From the NCBI GenBank assembly GCA_017420585.1, contig JAFOIT010000201.1, positions 1 through 54,419 on the forward strand: DNA of 54,419 bases. The letters run 5' to 3'. The position numbers and the translations under genes are program-made. Source of the stretch: Solobacterium sp. (GTDB lineage Bacteria; Bacillota_I; Bacilli_A; Erysipelotrichales; Erysipelotrichaceae). Below the pieces are notes generated by a model, which had not been told where the DNA came from, searched no databases, and worked only from the letters and a program-made list of their open reading frames with translations. Position 1 is the stretch's first letter, and each line of letters begins with the position of its first letter. Below, piece by piece: positions 36,930-44,328 of the stretch.

Positions 36930-38567
36930 ATGAATACCGTTATGCTGCAGGCCCTGACCAGGGGCGGATCATCCATGACTTCCTATACCCGGATCCCGGT
37001 GCTTTACGCGCTGCTGTGCGGGCTGGCCATCCTGGCTGTGCTGCGGACCGAACGGCTGGTCAACCGGATCATCTACCGCCCGCTGCGCCTGGCCATGCGG
37101 CTGACCGGCAGCTGCCTGTGTGCCGTGTTCCTGCTGGTGCTCGGCAGCGGTCTGATCCCGGAGAGTCCGCTGATCCCCTGGTTCTGGTACGCTGCCATGA
37201 CGGTTTTCCTGGTGCTGCTGTGTGCCCTGCATGAACTGCTGGAACTCTCCCGGCGGGCGGAAAGCGGCCTGCTCGTGCCGGTCCGGGTCCGGATCCTTTC
37301 GGCTGTCAGCATCGGTTTTATCATCCTGGTCATGACCAACGGCCTGCACCGGCTGGTCTTCCGGTTCACCCCGGTCAATGACGGTTCGTTCCGCAACCCG
37401 GTGTTCCAGCCGCTGTTCTATGTCACTGCAGCCTGGATGCTGGTGCTGTTTGTCTGGTTCAACGGGCTCCTGCTGCAGCGCGGCCTGCGCCGGCCGGCCC
37501 GGTCAGCCCTTCTGCCCCCGCTGTTTATCCCGCCGGTCCTGGCCGTGCTCCTGACGGTTTTCTGTTTTTACTTTTTCCGCCACCCGCATCATCTGAGTGC
37601 CCAGGCCTATGTCACCTGCATCGGGGTGCTGCTGCTGGCGTTCCTGGAAGCCTGCGTTTCCAGCCGGCTCCTGCCGGTGAATACCCGGTACCGGAAATGG
37701 TTTACCCTGACCGATCTGGATGTGCAGATCATTGATTCCGCCGGCCGCCCGGTATTGAAATCCGCGCAGGCCAAGGAACTGCCGTCCGGACTGCTGGAGC
37801 GCCTGCTGGACGAGCAGACCGTCACCGAAGGCGATACCGTCTTCCATGCCACCCCGGTCACCGGCGGCACCGCTGTCTGGCAGGAAGACATCTCCCGTAT
37901 CCGCCAGCTGACAGCGGAAGCCCGGAAACTCGTGAAGCGTCTGCAGCATTCCAACGGCCTGCTGCAGCGGGAAACCGAAATCCGCCGCAGCGCTGCCGAA
38001 AAAATCATCCGCGATGAACTGTACTCGCAGCTGGAAACCCTGCTGCACGACAAATTGATCCGGGTATCCACCATGGCCCATAACCTGCGTGATCACCCGG
38101 AAGATCTGCCGGCCCGCTCCATCATCACCCTGGAGCTGTGCGCGGCCAAGCGGCATTCCAACCTCTTCTTCCTCGAACAGGGCAAAACCCCGTTCACCGG
38201 GGATGAACTGATGGTCTACTTCGATGAACTCGGGGAAATCGCCGGGTATGCCGGCATTCATGTGCGCACCGGTCCCGGCCCGCGCTGCCAGCTGGATATC
38301 ACGGCCGCGGCCCTGCTGTACTCCTGCTTTGAGGAAACCCTGGTCTGGTCAATTTCCCGCCACAGTTCCTTCCTCTACGGCGGCCTGAGCGAGACGGACG
38401 GACAGTTGCAGCTTGATATCCTGACGGAACTGCCGCCGGACGGACTGGCCTGGAGCCAGAGCCTGGACGATAAACTCAGCGCTGCCGGGGCTCTCACGGA
38501 ACTGCGCAGCACCGAAGACCTGCACGGCGTGCAGATCCGGATCAGAAACGGCGGTGAGAGCGCATGA
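36930..38567 (+). CDS. multi-TM sensor-like protein (HisKA_7TM-like N-terminus) with degenerate kinase core
   Basis: About 7 TMs with MTNGLHRLVF, PAS-like LLPVNT..QIIDSAG, coiled coil, KRHSNLFF; no N/G1/G2 boxes; GAAAGGA SD before ATG 36930. Confidence 0.65.
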   Translation: MNTVMLQALTRGGSSMTSYTRIPVLYALLCGLAILAVLRTERLVNRIIYRPLRLAMRLTGSCLCAVFLLVLGSGLIPESPLIPWFWYAAMTVFLVLLCALHELLELSRRAESGLLVPVRVRILSAVSIGFIILVMTNGLHRLVFRFTPVNDGSFRNPVFQPLFYVTAAWMLVLFVWFNGLLLQRGLRRPARSALLPPLFIPPVLAVLLTVFCFYFFRHPHHLSAQAYVTCIGVLLLAFLEACVSSRLLPVNTRYRKWFTLTDLDVQIIDSAGRPVLKSAQAKELPSGLLERLLDEQTVTEGDTVFHATPVTGGTAVWQEDISRIRQLTAEARKLVKRLQHSNGLLQRETEIRRSAAEKIIRDELYSQLETLLHDKLIRVSTMAHNLRDHPEDLPARSIITLELCAAKRHSNLFFLEQGKTPFTGDELMVYFDELGEIAGYAGIHVRTGPGPRCQLDITAAALLYSCFEETLVWSISRHSSFLYGGLSETDGQLQLDILTELPPDGLAWSQSLDDKLSAAGALTELRSTEDLHGVQIRIRNGGESA

Positions 38568-39973
38568 TGCAGTTTCTTTATCTGAGCGGCTTTGCCCAGG
38601 TTGTCTTCGCGGTGTTCCTGCTGGCGACGCTGATCCTGCAGACGCTGGTCATCTCCCAGGATATCTACCTCCACAATTACCATCCGGCCTTTCTGCCCAG
38701 GCTGCTGCTGGACATCTCCTTCCTGGTCCTGCTGTGCGGGCCGGTTCTCAGCCTCTATGCGGCGGCGCAGCAGTTTGTGCCGGGCCAGGGAGTCTGGCTT
38801 GACGAGTTCTTCTGGCGCAGTGTCTTCTGCCTGCTCCATGCCTGCGTGTCGTTGGTATATCTGTTCCGGCAGAAGGAAGCCGCCGTCCTGATCCACCCGC
38901 TGCTGGCTTTGCTGGCCAGCCCGCTGACCGACCGGCTGGCGGACAGCATCAGTTTTCCGGCTTATATCTGCCTGTATGGCTTAAGCATGTTCTGCAGTCT
39001 GCGGCAGATGCTGCATAACCGCCGTCTGCGGCGCAGCACCATCACCGGCTTTTCGGTCTATGAGGCCGTATCCGCCATGCATGAAGGCGTCTGCTTCTGT
39101 GATGAGAGCGGCAATATCCTGCTGGTCAACACGGAAATGTACCGGCTGATGCGGCGCCTCCTGCGGCAGATCTATACGGACGGCAGGCAGTTCTATCACG
39201 ACCTGCAGCAGCAGTACTTCCCCTCCGGTGACCCGCTGGTCACCCTGGCGGACGGCACCACCTGGATGTTCTCCCATACGCCGGTCTCGGACGGCCGGAA
39301 CAATTACACGCAGATTACCGCGGCCGATGTCACCCGGCAGATGGAAGCGGCCTTCAGCCTCAGCCGCACCCGTCAGCAGCTGGAAAGCACCAGCGCCGAA
39401 CTGAAGAAGCATCTTGAAACCCTGATGGAAGACAGCCATGAGGAAGTCCTGCACGAGACCCGCATGCGCACCCACGACCTGCTCGGTTCCCGGCTGAGCC
39501 TGCTGCTGCAGTCGCTGCGCTATGAATCAGCCTCCCTGGACCTGCATGTGCTGGAAACCGCCTGTGATGACCTCATGGAGGAGATTGCCGGATCCGGCAC
39601 GAATATCTCCGCCGCCCAGGAAATGGACCGGCTGGAAACCGTCTTTGAGCAGCTTGGCATCGAGATCGAACGGTCCGGACCCCTGCCGGAAGGAAAAACC
39701 GGCCGGGTACTGGTCGATATCTTCCGTGAAGCCGTCACCAATGCCGTGCGGCACGGTTCAGCCACCAGGATCACCGCGGTCACCGAGGAAGCGGAAGATG
39801 CCCTCGTCTTTACCATCCGGGACAACGGCACCGGCGCCGCCGTATACCATGAAGGCAGCGGCATCCGCGGCATGCGCCGCAAGGCTGCCGAAGCCGGCGG
39901 CACCCTCGAAATCACCACCCAGCCGGGTTTTGTCATCACGATCCGGCTGCCCCGGGAAAGGAGTACACTATGA
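38564..39973 (+). CDS. membrane sensor histidine kinase (HisKA_3/NarQ-like)
   Basis: H-box RTHDLLG, N-box EAVTNAVRHG, G1 DNGTG, G2 GSGIRGM; ATGA overlaps on both sides. Confidence 0.88.
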   Translation: MMQFLYLSGFAQVVFAVFLLATLILQTLVISQDIYLHNYHPAFLPRLLLDISFLVLLCGPVLSLYAAAQQFVPGQGVWLDEFFWRSVFCLLHACVSLVYLFRQKEAAVLIHPLLALLASPLTDRLADSISFPAYICLYGLSMFCSLRQMLHNRRLRRSTITGFSVYEAVSAMHEGVCFCDESGNILLVNTEMYRLMRRLLRQIYTDGRQFYHDLQQQYFPSGDPLVTLADGTTWMFSHTPVSDGRNNYTQITAADVTRQMEAAFSLSRTRQQLESTSAELKKHLETLMEDSHEEVLHETRMRTHDLLGSRLSLLLQSLRYESASLDLHVLETACDDLMEEIAGSGTNISAAQEMDRLETVFEQLGIEIERSGPLPEGKTGRVLVDIFREAVTNAVRHGSATRITAVTEEAEDALVFTIRDNGTGAAVYHEGSGIRGMRRKAAEAGGTLEITTQPGFVITIRLPRERSTL

Positions 39974-40587
39974 CCCGTATTGTCATCGTCGACGATCATG
40001 AATCCCTGCGGGATTCCTTCCGCATTGCCTTTGAAACGGCCGGAGACCTCTCCATCGTGGCTGAAACCGCCAATGCCAATGAAGCCCTTGACCTGGTTCG
40101 CCGCACCCGTCCGGACCTCGTCCTGATGGATGTCTGTACAGCTGAAGGCGCCTCCGGGCTGGAAGCCACCCGGCAGATCCGGGAAGTCTTCCCCGATCTG
40201 AAAATTATCGTCATGAGCGGCTTTGACGAAATATCCTACGCTCCCCGGGCAAAGGAAGCCGGCGCGGATGCATTTGTCTATAAATCAAAATCCATGGCGT
40301 TCTTCCTGGAGATCATCCAGAAGGTCCTGGCCGGCGAGCAGTGGTTCCCGGAACCGCGCACCATCCCCCTGCCCAAGGGCGAGGCACCCCTGACCGCCAG
40401 GGAAATGGAAATCCTGCGGCTGATCTGCCAGTACCGGACCAGGAACGAAATCGCCAGGGAACTGTACATCCAGCCGGATACAGTCAAATACCATGTCAGC
40501 AACATGCTGGCCAAAACCGGCTGCTCCACTACGGCCGAGCTGGCCATCCTCATGATCAGCAGCGGCTGGATCAATCCCCGTTACTGA
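39970..40587 (+). CDS. NarL/LuxR-family response regulator
   Basis: IVDDH, LVLMD, MSG, YKS receiver; LTAREMEIL...TVKYHVSNMLAK HTH. Confidence 0.93.
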   Translation: MTRIVIVDDHESLRDSFRIAFETAGDLSIVAETANANEALDLVRRTRPDLVLMDVCTAEGASGLEATRQIREVFPDLKIIVMSGFDEISYAPRAKEAGADAFVYKSKSMAFFLEIIQKVLAGEQWFPEPRTIPLPKGEAPLTAREMEILRLICQYRTRNEIARELYIQPDTVKYHVSNMLAKTGCSTTAELAILMISSGWINPRY

Positions 40588-40591
40588 AAAA

Positions 40592-40634
40592 CTGCCCCTG
40601 CGGGTAGGTTACCGCGGGGCATTTTCAGTATAAT
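40592..40634 (+). promoter_or_regulatory. activator-dependent promoter of the SPFH operon with candidate NarL-type box
   Basis: CTGCCC-ctgc-GGGTAG (40592-40607) centred about 41-42 nt before the expected start; TATAAT at 40629-40634; no -35. Confidence 0.5.
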
Positions 40635-40681
40635 AATCTTAGTGAAATAGGGATCTTATCCCTGAAAGGAGAAGGTATCAT

Positions 40682-41869
40682 ATGGGACTTATTCAGGCAG
40701 CTCTTTCTGCAGCAGGCAGTGTTCTTCAGGATCAGTGGAAAGAATATTTTTACTGTGATGCTCTGGACAATAATGTCCTCGTTGCGAAAGGCGTAAAAAA
40801 GACTTCCGCATTCTCGGCCAACGCTTACGGCCGTGACAACATCATCACCAGCGGCTCCGGCATCGCGATCGCCGACGGCCAGTGCATGATCATTGTCGAA
40901 GACGGTAAGATCGTTGAATTCTGCGCCGAACCGGGCAACTTCATCTGGGATGCTTCTTCCGAGCCGAGCATCTTCAACGGTGATCTGAAGGAAAACATCA
41001 AGGATACATTTGCCAAGATCGGCGCCCGCTTCACCATGGGCGGTGACACCGGCAAGGATCAGCGTATCTACTACTTCAACACAAAGGAAATCCTGGACAA
41101 CAAGTTCGGCACACCGAACCCGATTCCGTTCGCGATCGTTGACAGGAACCTGAACCTCTTCCTCGACACGGCAGTACGCTGCAGCGGCACATACTCCTAC
41201 CGGATCACAGACCCGATGCTGTTCTATGCCAATGTCTGCGGCAATGTCGCCAGTGTCTTTACCCGGGATGAAATCGACGCCCAGCTGCGGGCTGAATTCG
41301 TTGATGCCCTGCAGCCGGCTTTCGGCAAGATTTCCGCGCTGGGCATCCGGCCGAGTGAACTGCCGAACCACGCCGCTGACCTGCGGGATCTGATGAATGA
41401 TGAACTGACCAGGAAGTGGAGTGAAACCCGCGGTATCGAAATCGTTTCGGTCGCGCTGAATCCGATCACGCTGCCGGAAGAAGACGCCAACAGGATCAAG
41501 GATGCGCAGCTGGCTGCCATCAACCGGGATCCGCTGATGGCCGCTGCCACAACCGTGGCTGCCTCTGCCCAGGCTGCCCGTGACGCCGCCAAGAATCCGA
41601 ACGGCGCCGCTGCCGCCATGATGGGTGTCAACATGGTCCAGGGCAATGCCGCGGCCAATGCCGCCGCGCTGTTTGCGGCAGGCGCACAGGCCCAGCCGGC
41701 TCCGGCTGCTCCGGCCGGCGCCGCGTGGACATGCGAATGCGGTTCTGTCAATACCGGCAACTTCTGCCCGAACTGCGGAAAACCGAGACCGGCCGCAGCC
41801 TGGACATGTGACTGCGGTACAGTCAATACCGGCAACTTCTGCACCAACTGCGGAAAGCCGCGGCACTGA
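40682..41869 (+). CDS. SPFH (Band 7_1/YdjI-like) protein with tandem C-terminal zinc ribbons
   Basis: DQWKEYFY, IITSGSGIAIADGQ, DQRIYYFNTKE, KFGTPNPIPF; two WTC.CG..N.GNFC.NCG repeats. Confidence 0.88.
   Translation: MGLIQAALSAAGSVLQDQWKEYFYCDALDNNVLVAKGVKKTSAFSANAYGRDNIITSGSGIAIADGQCMIIVEDGKIVEFCAEPGNFIWDASSEPSIFNGDLKENIKDTFAKIGARFTMGGDTGKDQRIYYFNTKEILDNKFGTPNPIPFAIVDRNLNLFLDTAVRCSGTYSYRITDPMLFYANVCGNVASVFTRDEIDAQLRAEFVDALQPAFGKISALGIRPSELPNHAADLRDLMNDELTRKWSETRGIEIVSVALNPITLPEEDANRIKDAQLAAINRDPLMAAATTVAASAQAARDAAKNPNGAAAAMMGVNMVQGNAAANAAALFAAGAQAQPAPAAPAGAAWTCECGSVNTGNFCPNCGKPRPAAAWTCDCGTVNTGNFCTNCGKPRH
41726..41863 (+). repeat. tandem duplication (75-nt period) encoding two Zn ribbons
   Basis: TGGACATG.GA.TGCGGT.C.GTCAATACCGGCAACTTCTGC.C.AACTGCGGAAA.CCG at 41726 and 41801. 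Confidence 0.85.
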
Positions 41870-41915
41870 TCACAGCCCGTCACGGACGGTGAATCAGTTT
41901 AATTCAGCATAACCT

Positions 41916-41965
41916 TCTCCACGGCAGCCGGCCGGCAGACATGCCGGAGGGCTGCCGTTTGGAGA
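41916..41965 (+). other. long intercistronic RNA hairpin
   Basis: TCTCC-ACGGCAGCC-gg-CCGGCA-gaca-TGCCGG-ag-GGCTGCCGT-tt-GGAGA. Confidence 0.65.
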
Positions 41966-41995
41966 CTTGCACCAAAATAGACTGGAGATGATGGC

Positions 41996-43075
41996 ATGAG
42001 CAATCTTACCGAGTTCAAATGTCCGAACTGCGGCGGTCCGCTGGAATTTGACAGCACGATACAGAAACTGCGCTGTCCCTACTGCCGGAGTACATACACC
42101 ATTGAGGAACTCGATGCACAGGATATTGAAAACAATGCCAATGAACCGATTTCCCTGGAATGGGATGCCGGTACTTCCGACTGGAAGGAAGAGGAAATCG
42201 ATGCCATGGCAGAATATGTCTGCCGGTCCTGCGGCGGCACCATTGTGACAGACCGCACCACCTCTGCCACTTCCTGCCCGTTCTGCGGCAATCCGGTAGT
42301 CATGAATGATCAGGTATCCGGCATGCTCAGACCGGATCTGGTCATCCCGTTCAAGCTGGACAAGGAAGCAGCCAAGGAAGGCCTGCGCCGGCATCTTTCC
42401 GACAAGAAACTGCTGCCGCGGGTTTTCACCGAGGAGAATCACATTGACGAAATCAAGGGCGTCTATGTCCCCTTCTGGCTGTTTGATGCCGATGTGCGCG
42501 CGGACATGCGTTACCGTGCCACCCGGGTCCGCAGCTGGACGGAAGGCGACTACAACGTGACGGAAACCAGTTACTACTCGGTATACCGCGGCGGAACCCT
42601 GAGTTTCTCCGCTGTGCCGGTGGACGGTTCCCGCAAAATGGATGACATCCTGATGGAAGCGATTGAACCGTTTGATGTCACTGCGGCCGTACCGTTCTCC
42701 ACTGCCTATCTGGCCGGCTATTATGCCGATAAATACGATGTCTCGGATGAGGAAACATTCGGCCGCGCCAATGAGCGGATCAAGACGAGTACCATGTCCA
42801 CCTTTGATTCAACTGTGGTCGGCTACTCCGGGGTCAACCCGCAGGGTGTCAACATCCGCCTGAACCGGGGCATGGCCCAGTACGCGCTGTATCCCGTCTG
42901 GCTGCTGAACACTTCGTGGCAGGGCCAGCAGTACACCTTTGCCATGAACGGACAGACCGGCAAGTTTGTCGGTGACCTGCCGGTGGACAACGGCAGATAC
43001 TGGATCATGGCACTGCGCAACACCGGTATCGTTGCCCTGATCCTGCTCCTCATCATGATGTTTGTGCTGCGCTAG
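41996..43075 (+). CDS. YdjG-like zinc-ribbon protein with C-terminal TM anchor
   Basis: CPNCGG..CPYC, CRSCGG..CPFCG, GVYVPFWLFD, YPVW..MNGQTGK. Confidence 0.85.
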   Translation: MSNLTEFKCPNCGGPLEFDSTIQKLRCPYCRSTYTIEELDAQDIENNANEPISLEWDAGTSDWKEEEIDAMAEYVCRSCGGTIVTDRTTSATSCPFCGNPVVMNDQVSGMLRPDLVIPFKLDKEAAKEGLRRHLSDKKLLPRVFTEENHIDEIKGVYVPFWLFDADVRADMRYRATRVRSWTEGDYNVTETSYYSVYRGGTLSFSAVPVDGSRKMDDILMEAIEPFDVTAAVPFSTAYLAGYYADKYDVSDEETFGRANERIKTSTMSTFDSTVVGYSGVNPQGVNIRLNRGMAQYALYPVWLLNTSWQGQQYTFAMNGQTGKFVGDLPVDNGRYWIMALRNTGIVALILLLIMMFVLR

Positions 43076-43086
43076 GAGGGAAGAAA

Positions 43087-44292
43087 ATGAAAACGATCAG
43101 AAAAATCATTTCACTTCTGGCTGCAGTTGTCCTGCTCATCCTGAGCGGCAAGCCCGTCAGGGCGGAAGAGGGTGTCCTCTTTCAGGACCAGGACGGCTAT
43201 CTGACTGCCAATGAACTGGACCAGCTCAACCGCGAGGCCGGCCAGGTGCTGGAAGATACCGGACTGGCTGTCATGGCTGTTTTTGACGAATCCTACACCA
43301 GCTGCGTTCAGCTGGCCATGGACACTGCCGAAGGCGCACCTTCAGCGGACGGCATTGTACTGGCCCTGACAGAAAAAGAATGGTATATGTATCCGTTCGG
43401 AAAAGCCGCCGATGTCTTCACCGACGAGCAAATCGACGCGCTCTGGGACACCGCTGTTGCCGAACCGGACAACCTGAGTGCCATGCAGGCCTATATACGG
43501 GCCGCTCGGGAAGTCTATCTGTACGGCAATATGAGCCAGCCGGTCATAACCCCGGTCCCATCCGGCTACCGGAAGCCCCGGGTTGTGGATGACGCCGACC
43601 TGCTGACCTATGAAGAAGAGCAGGACCTGCTGAAGAAACTGGATGAAATCAGTGAACGGCAGAACTGCGATGTGGTGGTGGTCACGACCAATTCCCTGTA
43701 CGGACAGGATGTGACTGCCTATGCGGATGACTTCTATGATTACAACGGCTACCGCGATGACGGCATCCTGCTGCTGATTTCCATGGAAGACCGTGACTGG
43801 GCCCTGTCAACCAAGGGCTTCGGCATCACTGCCTTCACGGATAAGGGCATGGATGAGCTGATGAAGCAGGTCCTGCCGTCCCTGAGCACCGGCAGCTACT
43901 ACAATGCCTTTGACACATACGCCGACCTGTGTGACCAGTACATCACCCAGGCTGTGGAAGGCGAACCCTATGATATCGGCAATCTGCCGGATCAGGGTTT
44001 CCAGCCCTTCTGGTTCCCGCTGGCCGCTGCCATCGGTGCAGTCTTCGGCTTTGGATCCGCCAGCCGGGAAAAGAGCAAGCTGAAGAGTGTCAGAAGGCAG
44101 AGAAGCGCTTCTTCCTATCTGGTGCCCGGCAGCCTGGATGTCACCGACAGCCATGATCATTACCTGTTCTCCCGGACCACCCGGGTACAGCGGCCGAAGA
44201 GCAGTTCTTCTTCCGGCAGTCATGGCGGCGGCTCATCGACGCATATCTCATCGTCCGGATCATTCCACGGCGGGTCCCACGGAAAATTCTGA
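43087..44292 (+). CDS. exported double-TPM-domain membrane protein (YdjH-like) with Ser/Gly/His tail
   Basis: Signal peptide (PVRA/EE); FQDQDGYLT..DGIVLAL and VVDDADLLT..DGILLLIS repeats; TM; SSSSSGSHGGG...GGSHGKF. Confidence 0.85.
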   Translation: MKTIRKIISLLAAVVLLILSGKPVRAEEGVLFQDQDGYLTANELDQLNREAGQVLEDTGLAVMAVFDESYTSCVQLAMDTAEGAPSADGIVLALTEKEWYMYPFGKAADVFTDEQIDALWDTAVAEPDNLSAMQAYIRAAREVYLYGNMSQPVITPVPSGYRKPRVVDDADLLTYEEEQDLLKKLDEISERQNCDVVVVTTNSLYGQDVTAYADDFYDYNGYRDDGILLLISMEDRDWALSTKGFGITAFTDKGMDELMKQVLPSLSTGSYYNAFDTYADLCDQYITQAVEGEPYDIGNLPDQGFQPFWFPLAAAIGAVFGFGSASREKSKLKSVRRQRSASSYLVPGSLDVTDSHDHYLFSRTTRVQRPKSSSSSGSHGGGSSTHISSSGSFHGGSHGKF

Positions 44293-44300
44293 AAACCATC

Positions 44301-44328
44301 AAAAAAACCGGAGAAATCCGGTTTTTTT
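44301..44328. terminator. bidirectional terminator
   Basis: AAAAAAACCGGA-GAAA-TCCGGTTTTTTT. Confidence 0.88.

Noticed and set aside
41726-41863. Direct repeats as a possible CRISPR or mobile repeat
   Set aside because: Only two in-frame copies encoding Zn ribbons, with mostly third-position differences; no cas genes
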